A DNA stretch of 64,000 nucleotides from NCBI GenBank assembly GCA_021741075.1, contig JAIOYO010000003.1, positions 19,889 through 83,888 on the forward strand, given 5' to 3'. The DNA is from Flavobacteriales bacterium (GTDB taxonomy: Bacteria; Bacteroidota; Bacteroidia; UBA10329). Position 1 is the stretch's first letter, and each line of letters begins with the position of its first letter. Both the position numbers and the translations under genes were made by a program. The notes under the pieces are model-generated. The model worked only from the letters and a program-made list of their open reading frames with translations, had not been told where the DNA came from and searched no databases. Positions 1-9,018 of the stretch are shown here, piece by piece.

Positions 1-54
1 TGCTTCGGAATGCTGATTGTTCCTTTCAAATATTTTAAGACAAGCGGCAAGTGA
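1..54 (+). CDS. 3' end of an upstream CDS (17 codons visible; product not identifiable)
   Basis: Frame 1 is open from the window edge to TGA at 52-54. The stop overlaps the GTG start at 51 (GTGA), a typical coupled junction. Confidence 0.25.
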   Translation, partial: CFGMLIVPFKYFKTSGK

Positions 55-737
55 AATACACCTACTTGCTCATCAACATTTGTTCAATCGCCATTCCATT
101 TGCTTTTTCTTTCGAAAGCAAACTCAAGTTTTACAAAAAATGGAAGGTACTAGTTCCGGCCATCCTCATTCCTGCCATCTTCTTTTTGATTTGGGATAGC
201 ATTTTCACTACCCAAGGTGTTTGGGGATTCAATGAGAATTATCTTACAGGAATCAAACTTTTAAATCTTCCGCTTGAGGAAGTGCTTTTCTTTTTATGCA
301 TTCCTTATTGTTGCGTGTTCACGTATGAAGTTCTGAATCATTTTATCAAGAAGGATGTGGTGGGCAAATACGCTCGATATGGCACAACCATTCTCACCTA
401 TATTTTGGCGGCAATGGTGTTCAATTACCATGAACTAGCCTATACTTTTTACACCGCTCTTTTAACCGCCATCTTCCTGTTAGTTCATTTGGTTTACCTC
501 AAAAAAGCATACTGGAGCCGTTTGGTTTTCGCTTATCTAATCATTCTGATTCCGTTTTTTATCGTGAATGGCATTCTCACTGGAACTGGACTAGAAGAAC
601 CAGTTGTTTGGTACAACGATGCAGAAAATCTTGGCATCCGATTGCTGACCATTCCAATTGAAGATTCGATTTATGGATTTCTGTTAATAAGTTCGAATAT
701 TTCGCTCTATGAGTGGGGAAAAACGAATAATGAGTAA
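51..737 (+). CDS. lycopene cyclase domain-containing protein (fused CrtYc/CrtYd-type)
   Basis: 228-aa polytopic membrane protein with two half-domains. Each carries the PxE(E/D) motif of heterodimeric-type lycopene cyclases (LNLPLEEVLFF and TIPIEDSIYGF). GTG start. Confidence 0.7.
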   Translation: MKYTYLLINICSIAIPFAFSFESKLKFYKKWKVLVPAILIPAIFFLIWDSIFTTQGVWGFNENYLTGIKLLNLPLEEVLFFLCIPYCCVFTYEVLNHFIKKDVVGKYARYGTTILTYILAAMVFNYHELAYTFYTALLTAIFLLVHLVYLKKAYWSRLVFAYLIILIPFFIVNGILTGTGLEEPVVWYNDAENLGIRLLTIPIEDSIYGFLLISSNISLYEWGKTNNE

Positions 738-796
738 AGAAAAATGTGGCTGAGAACATTTTTCATTTTCCCTTTTTTACATTTTCTCTTTAGGCG

Positions 797-2056
797 ATGA
801 GAATCGGCCTACAAACGTGGGGAACCGATGGTGATTTCTATCCCTTTTTGGCCCTGGCAATTGGGCTAAAACAAGCAGGACACGAAGTTAGCTTAGCCTA
901 TACCAGCATAAATGGAAAGGACTACTCAACGCTTAAAGCAACCGAAGGAATTCGGCTAATAAAGGCGAACGGAAACGGGAAGTTTCCTTCAAATGCAAAC
1001 CCGTATGCCATTACTGCAAAACCGGGTTCTTTTAGAGAGTATTCGAAACTTTTGAAATTGTTTTTCGACCCGTTTACGGATGAAATGTACGCGGCCTCCA
1101 AGCAACTGTGTATGGAGAACGAACTAGTGATTGGTCACGCGGTTTGCCACACGCTCTTGACGGCCTGTCAGAAATTCAACTGTCCACGGATTTCACTGGT
1201 GCTTACACCATTGGTTATCCGTTCGAAATACGTTTCTCCGATTGGAATTCAATTAGGTGCTTTCATCAATTCGTTTCTGTGGAACATAGGGGGAATGGTA
1301 GCTACAAAAAGTTGGTTCCAGCAAGCCAAAAGCATTCGAATAAGCGAAGGTCTTCCACCAGTTAAAAGTCTCCAAAAAGAATTGTTTACTTCTGAATTGT
1401 TGACAATTGTGGCAGCGAGCGAATCCTTTCTTTCTCGACCAAAAGATTGGGCCGAGAACATACGCATGACAGGCTTTCTGAACTTACCTTCCACACACTC
1501 GCATTGGAAGATCCCAACCGAATTAAGGGAGTTCCTCGATGCAGGTGAACCTCCCGTTTATATGACTTTTGGTTCGTGTATGCAGTTTGACGTTGAAGCA
1601 TCAACCCAACTTCTCGTTGATGCAGCAAGATGTTCAGGCAAGCGCGCAATCATACAATCAGACTGGAGCAAGCTGATAAAACCAAACGATTCGAATATTT
1701 ACTGTATCGAGAGTGCACCTCATTCAGAGATTTTTCCACTTTGCTCATTGATTCTCCATCATGGTGGGGCTGGAACTACGCAGGCTGCTTTGCTAGCGGG
1801 CAAACCGTGTATTGTTGTGGCTCATGGTTTCGACCAAGTGTACTGGGGTGATCAGCTGAAAAAAAGTGGCGTTTCTGGCAAAACACTCATTCGGAGACAT
1901 CTCAAATCCGAAACGATTGTACAGGAAATTTTCAGGCTCATAAAATCAGATGCAGGTAAAAAATCTGCATTGATTGGAACTAAAATGAGAATGGAGAATG
2001 GTGTTGTAAATGCGGTGAAAGCGATTGAATCATCAATTGCCGAAGCCGGTATCTAA
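797..2056 (+). CDS. GT1-family (UDP-glycosyltransferase/MGT-like) glycosyltransferase, possibly carotenoid glycosyltransferase
   Basis: C-terminal nucleotide-sugar motif HHGGAGTTQAALLAGKPCIVVAHGFDQVYWG. Lies directly downstream of the lycopene cyclase. Confidence 0.75.
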   Translation: MRIGLQTWGTDGDFYPFLALAIGLKQAGHEVSLAYTSINGKDYSTLKATEGIRLIKANGNGKFPSNANPYAITAKPGSFREYSKLLKLFFDPFTDEMYAASKQLCMENELVIGHAVCHTLLTACQKFNCPRISLVLTPLVIRSKYVSPIGIQLGAFINSFLWNIGGMVATKSWFQQAKSIRISEGLPPVKSLQKELFTSELLTIVAASESFLSRPKDWAENIRMTGFLNLPSTHSHWKIPTELREFLDAGEPPVYMTFGSCMQFDVEASTQLLVDAARCSGKRAIIQSDWSKLIKPNDSNIYCIESAPHSEIFPLCSLILHHGGAGTTQAALLAGKPCIVVAHGFDQVYWGDQLKKSGVSGKTLIRRHLKSETIVQEIFRLIKSDAGKKSALIGTKMRMENGVVNAVKAIESSIAEAGI

Positions 2057-3412
2057 ACCAACTCCGTCATTTCCGAAGGTTATAGGATTGTTGTTCTCAC
2101 GATCTTGGTGAGTTAGGCCATTTTCTAAATTGAGCACGCCACGAGGACAAACCGTGGAACAGATACCGCAACCAACACAGGATGCGCGCACGATATTCTC
2201 TCCTCTCTGCGCGTATGACTGAACGTCAATGCCCATTTCGCAGTAGGTGCTGCAATTGCCGCAACTGATGCACTGACCACCATTAGTGGTAATTCTAAAA
2301 CGGGAAAAATACTTCTGCAACAAGCCCAAATAGGCCGCCATCGGGCAACCAAATCGGCACCAAACTCGTGTCCCTAAAAGTGGGTAAAATCCCACTCCCA
2401 CCACTCCAGCAAACGCTTGACCGATTAGGAATGCGTAAACCTTAGTTAGCGAATGTGAAAAATCGCCAAAAATGCCTCCAACCAAGCACGAATTCACCCA
2501 TAAGAGAATAGTTAGTCCAGTGATAAACACGAGCACGGAATGAATCATCCATCGTTCAATCTTCCACGCTTTCATGCTCTTATCTGAAAGTTGTCGGAAT
2601 GGATCTCCAGCGGTATTTGCCAAGCCTCCGCAGCCACAAACCCAACTGCAATACCAGCGCTTTCCGAAGAAATACGTAAGAATTGGTGTAACAATAAAGG
2701 TGAGGACGGCAGAGATTAAAAGCATCCAAATTCCCAGCGAACCACTAGACAAAAGTCCATTAACAGAACTTGGAAACAACAAGTCGTAATCCAACGGCCA
2801 GAAATAGCTGAAGTAATATTCGGGCTGGCTCATGCTTTTGAGGAACTGCGGAATGAGGAACGCAAAGCCTAGCTGAAAAAACATGATGGAGCACGTTCTT
2901 ACTATCTGATAATTGGAATGACGGTATTTGAGGATGACCCTCACACCCATTATCAAAATTGAAATTGTATAAATGAATGAATAGAGAAACCATCTATCTG
3001 GAGGATGGTTGAACAGACCCTGACTAATAGGATTGAACAGCAAAACCAGTGGTGCGCCATTCCACATTTCATCCGAGCCCCAATACAAAACCACATAAAA
3101 TCCTGTTAGAAAAACTCCAAGCGCCCAACCCCACAAACCACGATTGGTTAGACTAGAGGTAAATATGTGATTGTTCTGAACTCCTGAAGGACGATTGAGA
3201 TAGGTTCGAACAGTGTAAACACTCAACCCAACCACGGAAACAACAAACCCAAGGTAGAAGAATAAAGCGGGGTCCTGCGCTGCCGGACCTAATGCTCCAA
3301 CGATGGTAAATAGAATAGCCAAGACGAATAAGGCAATGCCAAACTTCTGCATGCCATCCATTCCGGGGGCGTGTGGACTTGCCAACGATATGCTGAATCC
3401 ATCGCGGCTCAT
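2033..3412 (-). CDS. polytopic membrane 4Fe-4S ferredoxin (NapH/MauN/NosR-like)
   Basis: Many TM helices. CxxxCP-type motifs (CSWVCGCGG, WCRFGCP) plus two ferredoxin clusters (CISCGNCSTYCEMG and CVGCGICSTVCPRG). ATGA overlap with the upstream gene. Confidence 0.7.
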   Translation of the reverse strand: MSRDGFSISLASPHAPGMDGMQKFGIALFVLAILFTIVGALGPAAQDPALFFYLGFVVSVVGLSVYTVRTYLNRPSGVQNNHIFTSSLTNRGLWGWALGVFLTGFYVVLYWGSDEMWNGAPLVLLFNPISQGLFNHPPDRWFLYSFIYTISILIMGVRVILKYRHSNYQIVRTCSIMFFQLGFAFLIPQFLKSMSQPEYYFSYFWPLDYDLLFPSSVNGLLSSGSLGIWMLLISAVLTFIVTPILTYFFGKRWYCSWVCGCGGLANTAGDPFRQLSDKSMKAWKIERWMIHSVLVFITGLTILLWVNSCLVGGIFGDFSHSLTKVYAFLIGQAFAGVVGVGFYPLLGTRVWCRFGCPMAAYLGLLQKYFSRFRITTNGGQCISCGNCSTYCEMGIDVQSYAQRGENIVRASCVGCGICSTVCPRGVLNLENGLTHQDRENNNPITFGNDGVGLDTGFGN

Positions 3413-4695
3413 TTTCTCATGGATTTAAACTTCACATCATTCACAAACTTCTTAAAGAACTCAGGATTGAAATTGGCCTTATTCAGGTTTGAAATAACCT
3501 CATCAACATGGGTTCTATTTTTCAACCATTCATCACAAACTTGATGTCGTAGGCGAATTCCAAATGCATTGAATCCGACAACTGACTTTGTAGCTGATTC
3601 GTACACGATTCGGAGGCATCGAACACCATCTTCAGCCTCCCAATAAAGGCTTTCTTCTCCTTCTTTCAAATGAGCAGAAACGTAACCATAAGTCTGATAT
3701 TCAATATCCATGAACTTGGCCGAATTGAACCAAATACCAGGGTTGTAATTGGTTGGTTGTCCGCAAATGGTCGCTGCCACCGTTTCTCCCATCATCTTAC
3801 CTGTGTACCAAACGGATTCAATTGCTCTTCTTTCTTCCCTTGGCATACGCAGTTGCGCACAATCGCCTAAAGCGTAAATGTTGGAGAAATTGGTCTGAAG
3901 CTTTTCATTCACCAAAATGCCTTTATCGGTTTCAATCCCTGAATTTTTCAGGAACGAAATATTGGGATGAACGCCAACCGTCAACCCAACAAATTGACAA
4001 GAGATCTCTTCGCCATCGCCAGTAAGAACCGCTCGTGCTATTCCATTTTCGTCCGAAAGAATCTCCTTTAAATCTGTTTTCAAGCGTAAATCAACATGAT
4101 GCGAACGGATGTGTCGATTGATCATTTCTGATTCTTCTTTTGGAAGAACATCTTCCCAAAAACTCGCTTCGCGAACAAGAAACGTAACTGGAATCTGCCG
4201 CGAGCGCAGCATTTCGACCATTTCAATACCAATCAGACCGCCTCCTACCACCACCGCTCGTTCAATTCCTTTTGTATTAGCCTCCATTGATTCGAGGTCT
4301 TGATAGTTGTACAAACCTTGAACGCCTTTCAAGTCTTGACCAGGCCAACCGAATTTATTGGATGCTGATCCACTGGCAATGATGAGTTCATCGTAAGTTA
4401 AAAGTTCGCCCGAATCGAGGAGAATTGAGTTTAAAATCGGCTCCACCTTGGAAACATAAGCACGCTTAAGTTTGATTCTGTTTTTCTCCCAAAACCAATC
4501 TTCGTACGGTTTGGTGTGCTCATATTTCATGTGACCCAGGTAAATGTACATGAGTGCGGTGCGCGAGAAAAAATGGTCGGTCTCAGCAGAAATGACGGTG
4601 ATGTTATGATCATCGTTTCGCTTGCGAATGTGTCGCGCAGCGGTAATGCCAGCAATACCGTTTCCGATAATGATGATATTTTTCTGAGCTGTCAA
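3409..4695 (-). CDS. NAD(P)/FAD-dependent pyridine nucleotide-disulfide-family oxidoreductase
   Basis: Two Rossmann GxGxxG motifs (IIIIGNGIAGITAA; AVVVGGGLIGIEM) and GD motif (YALGDCA). Apparent TTG start overlapping the upstream stop (TTGA). Confidence 0.75.
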   Translation of the reverse strand: MTAQKNIIIIGNGIAGITAARHIRKRNDDHNITVISAETDHFFSRTALMYIYLGHMKYEHTKPYEDWFWEKNRIKLKRAYVSKVEPILNSILLDSGELLTYDELIIASGSASNKFGWPGQDLKGVQGLYNYQDLESMEANTKGIERAVVVGGGLIGIEMVEMLRSRQIPVTFLVREASFWEDVLPKEESEMINRHIRSHHVDLRLKTDLKEILSDENGIARAVLTGDGEEISCQFVGLTVGVHPNISFLKNSGIETDKGILVNEKLQTNFSNIYALGDCAQLRMPREERRAIESVWYTGKMMGETVAATICGQPTNYNPGIWFNSAKFMDIEYQTYGYVSAHLKEGEESLYWEAEDGVRCLRIVYESATKSVVGFNAFGIRLRHQVCDEWLKNRTHVDEVISNLNKANFNPEFFKKFVNDVKFKSMRK

Positions 4696-5171
4696 AGCAG
4701 TTGAAACTCACTTACCACTATACCGTCCTCATCAGCATATAAATACATACCTGGTTTAAAATCAATCCCAGCAAAGCGGACATCTATGTTCTCTTGGCCT
4801 TCGTTCCGTTTGATGCTTTTCGTGGGATTGGTATTCAGCGCCTTCACTCCAATTTCCATTTCACTAATCTGCTTCGAATCACGAATACAGCCATAAACCA
4901 CCATTCCGCGCCAGTTATTTTGAATGGCTAGCGCCACGAGATTATCGCCAACAAGTGCGCAGCGAAATGACCCTCCGCCATCTATTACTAGCACTTTTCC
5001 CGATCCATCCTTTTCCAAGGCTGAACGAACTAAAGTATTGTCTTCGAAAACCTTGAGGGTGTACACTTCGCCCTCAAAACAAGCACTGGCACCAAAATCC
5101 ACAAAAATGGGTTCGGCTACTTGAAGTTTATCTATATGTTTATCGCAAAGATCTGCTGTTGCGTGTTGCAT
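4692..5171 (-). CDS. RraA-family protein (RNase E regulator / HMG-CHA aldolase-oxaloacetate decarboxylase fold)
   Basis: 159 aa with MQHATADLCD...LVIDGGGSFRCALVGDNLVALA...GCIRD, typical of RraA/MenG-type proteins. Confidence 0.8.
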   Translation of the reverse strand: MQHATADLCDKHIDKLQVAEPIFVDFGASACFEGEVYTLKVFEDNTLVRSALEKDGSGKVLVIDGGGSFRCALVGDNLVALAIQNNWRGMVVYGCIRDSKQISEMEIGVKALNTNPTKSIKRNEGQENIDVRFAGIDFKPGMYLYADEDGIVVSEFQLL

Positions 5172-5219
5172 GTTTCCGTGTGATTGGTGAACGGTTGAAA
5201 CTAGCTAATTTGAAAACCT

Positions 5220-5900
5220 ATGAAGCAAGCGTTCGGAATAATTGTAACAATTGGAATGTTGATAGCATGTGCTGCAAACTCTTTTGCGCAAAAAGATAGC
5301 ACCTCATTTGTGAACAAGCTTGGAATTGACATCTCATATACAGGACTATCCTACATGGAGAGCTCAGTCTTCGGTTTCCACATCACTTACACCATGAAAA
5401 AGCATGCATTGTCATTAGGCCCACACATTGCCTATCACGACTTATTTGAAGGACAAAGCGATTGGGAACGCCATGGTGTTTCGTTCATCTACCAATACTT
5501 TCCCATTCGAAGCAACCGGCTTTTTTCGCCTTATCTCTTTTACGATTTGAATTACGGTTTCATTAAATCCCGAAGAGAAGTAGTTGTAACCACCGAAGAC
5601 GGGCAGAACACCTTTGGCGCCATACGAGAAGTGACGAGCAACACCATTGCACATCACTTCGGAATAGGAACTCGCTGTAATTTCTACAAAGGTTTTTTTC
5701 TTCACTTGAGTCTAGGAGGTGGCCCAGCAAGCTTTGGTCAGTCAGTACTCTTACGCTCATTACAATCGGCCTATCCAAACACCAAAGAATCAGAACATCC
5801 GTTCAAGAACTACGAAACCGCACTCATGTTCCGAGTTGGAATTGCCTATCAAGTAAGACTAAAGGAGTTGAAAAAAATTGGGCAGCATTGCTGCGATTAA
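5220..5900 (+). CDS. hypothetical secreted protein, possibly a small outer-membrane beta-barrel
   Basis: Signal peptide (..ACAANSFAQ), alternating aromatic/Gly-rich segments, no recognised catalytic motif. Confidence 0.4.
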   Translation: MKQAFGIIVTIGMLIACAANSFAQKDSTSFVNKLGIDISYTGLSYMESSVFGFHITYTMKKHALSLGPHIAYHDLFEGQSDWERHGVSFIYQYFPIRSNRLFSPYLFYDLNYGFIKSRREVVVTTEDGQNTFGAIREVTSNTIAHHFGIGTRCNFYKGFFLHLSLGGGPASFGQSVLLRSLQSAYPNTKESEHPFKNYETALMFRVGIAYQVRLKELKKIGQHCCD

Positions 5901-6035
5901 CCGTTTTAGACTGGTTGAAATTGGAAATATGTCAATTCCCTTGTCAATAGTAAGTTATTAACACTTCCGTGTTTAAGAGTGGCTTAATTCACTGAATTTC
6001 AAGTCAGAAGTTCAATCCAGATCATTTCGGTTTTG

Positions 6036-6043
6036 TAGTTTTG
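6036..6043 (+). promoter_or_regulatory. candidate Bacteroidota -7 promoter box (TAGTTTTG)
   Basis: Exact match to TAnnTTTG 8 nt upstream of the ATG at 6051. This would imply a near-leaderless transcript. Confidence 0.3.
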
Positions 6044-6050
6044 CCACTTA

Positions 6051-6653
6051 ATGAAGTACCTGATTTATATACTATGCTCAATCGGATTGTCTGCTATGGC
6101 GCAGACCAGCGAGGAGCATTACAATAAAGCTCGTTCAAAGGCGAGTATGCAAGATTTTAATGGTGCTTTAAACGAATTGAACAAAGCCATTGAAAAAGAC
6201 CCTCGGTTCATTAAGGCATTCAATTATCGTGGTTATGTAAAAGACGAGTTGAACAACTACTATGGAGCGTTGCAGGATTACAACATCGCCATCTCTCTCA
6301 AAGAAGATTATAGCGATGCATACGCGAATAGAGGTCAGGCCAAACGAAATTTGAATGATTTTAAAGGCTCGTTATCGGATTATACTACAGCTATCACGCT
6401 CAATCCGACAGAAAAAGATGCGTACTTGGGACGTGGGCTTACCAGAAAGGAAATGAAAGACTTTGATGGAGCCATCAAAGACTTGGATGCCGCTGCTAGA
6501 ATTGATCCAGGATATGCACGAACCTACACACTTCGTGGAGAAGTAAAGCTTCTTAAAGGTGATGTAATTGGTGCCTGCGATGACTTGTTGAAAGCTCAAA
6601 AGCTTGGGTACATGGTGGCAATGGCCAAATTCAACGATTATTGTGACGACTAA
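6051..6653 (+). CDS. TPR-repeat protein, secreted, with C-terminal Cys-pair motif
   Basis: Signal peptide, about four 34-aa TPR units (A..Y..A/G..), C-terminal GDVIGACDDLLKAQKLGY...YCDD. Confidence 0.8.
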   Translation: MKYLIYILCSIGLSAMAQTSEEHYNKARSKASMQDFNGALNELNKAIEKDPRFIKAFNYRGYVKDELNNYYGALQDYNIAISLKEDYSDAYANRGQAKRNLNDFKGSLSDYTTAITLNPTEKDAYLGRGLTRKEMKDFDGAIKDLDAAARIDPGYARTYTLRGEVKLLKGDVIGACDDLLKAQKLGYMVAMAKFNDYCDD

Positions 6654-6725
6654 CTAACAGTTCGCGTTTTTGTTCCCTTTCATTTGGTGAGATGAGTATT
6701 TTTGGCCGCATCTAAAAACCAAAGA

Positions 6726-7442
6726 ATGTTGAGACAATTATTGCTAGCCTTTTTTCTCCTTATTTCAAATCAAATTTTCGCTCAGACTGCGGCCGAATCA
6801 TTCGCAAAGGGTGTTCAGTTAGCTGACGAAGAAAATTATTCCGATGCACTGACGGAGTTGAACGCTGCCCTCAAAGAAGATAAGGATAACGTCAAATACC
6901 TTCTTAAGCGTGGCGATGTGAAATACCTTTCAGGCAAATCCATTCTTGCTATTCAAGATTACAACAAGGTTATTCAGCTAGACGCAAAAAACAGCGAAGC
7001 TTACGCTTCTCGAAGTGCCATCTACATTGAATTGAAAGATTACAAATCGGCCATTGAAGATTGTCAGAAAGCGATTGCCATCAACCCGAAAAACGAGATG
7101 GCATATATCCGAATGGGTGATGCTCTTATTTCGCAAGAGCCAAAAGATTGGATTGAGGCCATGAAAACATATAACTACGCTATCAATCTAAATCCAAATA
7201 ACCCAAAAGCACTTCACAATCGCGGACGTGCCAAAAGAGAATTGAAGGATTATTATGGTGCAATTGACGATTTCAACAAGGCCATCTTGCTAGACGCTGA
7301 ATTCGGTTCTGCATACATGAATCGAGGCATAGCCAAAAGCCTAGTTGGAGACACGCCTGGTGCATGTATAGATTGGTACTTGGCTGGCGAAATGGGCGAA
7401 GCAGAGGCTGCCGATTACATCACCACCCGTTGCAAACAATAA
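6726..7442 (+). CDS. TPR-repeat protein, secreted, with C-terminal Cys-pair motif
   Basis: ATG at 6726 gives signal peptide MLRQLLLAFFLLISNQIFAQ (the track start at 6702 is TTG). TPR units; C-terminal GDTPGACIDWYLAGEMGE...RCKQ. Confidence 0.8.
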   Translation: MLRQLLLAFFLLISNQIFAQTAAESFAKGVQLADEENYSDALTELNAALKEDKDNVKYLLKRGDVKYLSGKSILAIQDYNKVIQLDAKNSEAYASRSAIYIELKDYKSAIEDCQKAIAINPKNEMAYIRMGDALISQEPKDWIEAMKTYNYAINLNPNNPKALHNRGRAKRELKDYYGAIDDFNKAILLDAEFGSAYMNRGIAKSLVGDTPGACIDWYLAGEMGEAEAADYITTRCKQ

Positions 7443-7448
7443 TTTGAA

Positions 7449-8000
7449 ATGAAATCTGAAGCAGATCTGATAGCAGACGCTGATCTCAAATTTGAAAGTA
7501 AGGAGTTTGCTGGTGCCATTAAGGATTACACGAAAGCGCTAAAACTCAATCCCACTAACGCAGACACGTACTACAACCGTGGGCTTGCTAATTTCTTTGG
7601 CCAAAACATCAGTGCTGCGCATGAAGATTTTACGGAAGCGCTAAAGCTGAATCCGAATCACGAAGATGCGCTCTTCAACCGGGCGAGGTTGGCGGCCATG
7701 CTGGGTTCGTTTGAGAAATCGTTGGAAGATTACAATCGTGCAATTGAACTAAACGATGAAGATGGAGAGCTATACACCAATCGTGGTGCGGTGCGCATGC
7801 AATTAAATGATTTAACAGGAGCTGTACAGGATTTTACCCGTGCCGTGAGCGTTAATCCATCTGACGGAAAAGCCTATTACAACCGAGCAATGGCTTACCT
7901 AAAAGTTCAGAAGATTGATTATGCCGCAAGAGATTTTGCATTGGCCTACCAAAACGGAGTAATACAAGCCAAAGAAGCACTTATTTCGCTCCAAAACTGA
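7449..8000 (+). CDS. TPR-repeat protein (no signal peptide, no Cys pair)
   Basis: Five TPR-like 34-aa units. The N-terminus is hydrophilic. Confidence 0.8.
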   Translation: MKSEADLIADADLKFESKEFAGAIKDYTKALKLNPTNADTYYNRGLANFFGQNISAAHEDFTEALKLNPNHEDALFNRARLAAMLGSFEKSLEDYNRAIELNDEDGELYTNRGAVRMQLNDLTGAVQDFTRAVSVNPSDGKAYYNRAMAYLKVQKIDYAARDFALAYQNGVIQAKEALISLQN

Positions 8001-8011
8001 GCAACATTAGA

Positions 8012-9001
8012 ATGAAACACACCTTAAAACTGGTTCTTATTCTTTCACTTGTGGAGATAAATGTATCTTCAACAGTCGCGCAAACATCAAAGGAAAATTT
8101 CATTCAAGGTCTGTTGTGCACCAACCGCAATGAAGATGAAAAGGCCATTGGTTTCTTCAATAAAGCATTGGAACTAAAACCAGATTACTTTGAGGCGTAT
8201 GTGATGCGCGGTTCTACCCTTATGCGACTGGGAAATTACATGAGCGCAGTAATTGATTTTGATAAAGCTCTGGAACTCGACCCATCTTTGATAAAAGCAT
8301 ACAACTATCGTGGGTTTTGCTACGTGGAACTTAAGGATTTGAGAAGAGCCATTGACGACTTTACCAAAGTAATCTCGCTTAAACCAGACTATCCGAATGC
8401 GTACGAAAGCCGGGCGTGGGCAAGAAGTTTAGGTACAAAACATAAGGAAGCGCTACCAGATTACGACAAAGCGATTGAACTCAATCCGCAGTTTCATGAG
8501 GCATACCACCATCGTGCTTGGAGCAAGATTGCCTTGGGCGATACGACCGAAGGTATACTCGATTTTACTAAAGCCATTGAACTAAACGGAGACGTGCCCA
8601 CTTACCATGACGACCGAGGCCAAATCTACGTGGCCCTGAAAAATCTGAAAGAAGCGCAGAAGGATTTTAATCAAGCCATCAAATTAGATGGAAACTTTGT
8701 ACCGGCTCTATTACATCGCGCCCAACTAAAAATTGACGAAGGAAAAACGAAACCAGCCTGCAAAGATCTGGAAGTTGCTGCTTCGTTGCACAGCAAGAAA
8801 GCCACCGAATTGATGGCGTTGCATTGCGTTACCGAAGAAAAACCGAAAGAAGATTCGGAAGAGAAAAAAGCGGAAGAGGAATCGGGCGAAAAGACAGAAG
8901 AAGTGAAAGAGGCTCAGGACACGAAAGAGGGAAAGGGCGAAAAGAAAAAAGAGAAAAAGGAACCGAAGTCCGATTCGAAGGAAAAGAAGGACAGCGAATA
9001 A
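8012..9001 (+). CDS. TPR-repeat protein, secreted, with Lys/Glu-rich low-complexity tail
   Basis: Signal peptide, about seven TPR units, Cys-pair motif (GKTKPACKDLEVAA...LHC), then a roughly 55-aa KE-rich tail. Confidence 0.8.
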   Translation: MKHTLKLVLILSLVEINVSSTVAQTSKENFIQGLLCTNRNEDEKAIGFFNKALELKPDYFEAYVMRGSTLMRLGNYMSAVIDFDKALELDPSLIKAYNYRGFCYVELKDLRRAIDDFTKVISLKPDYPNAYESRAWARSLGTKHKEALPDYDKAIELNPQFHEAYHHRAWSKIALGDTTEGILDFTKAIELNGDVPTYHDDRGQIYVALKNLKEAQKDFNQAIKLDGNFVPALLHRAQLKIDEGKTKPACKDLEVAASLHSKKATELMALHCVTEEKPKEDSEEKKAEEESGEKTEEVKEAQDTKEGKGEKKKEKKEPKSDSKEKKDSE

Positions 9002-9018
9002 ATTTCAGCTTATCCTAC

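Noticed and set aside
8824-9018. N-terminal Arg/Lys/Gly-rich 65-aa extension of rarA in the ORF track
   Set aside because: It is the alternate-frame reading of the polypurine KE-tail of the preceding TPR gene. The conserved RarA N-terminus (MDTNIPLAEKLRP) begins at the ATG at 9019.
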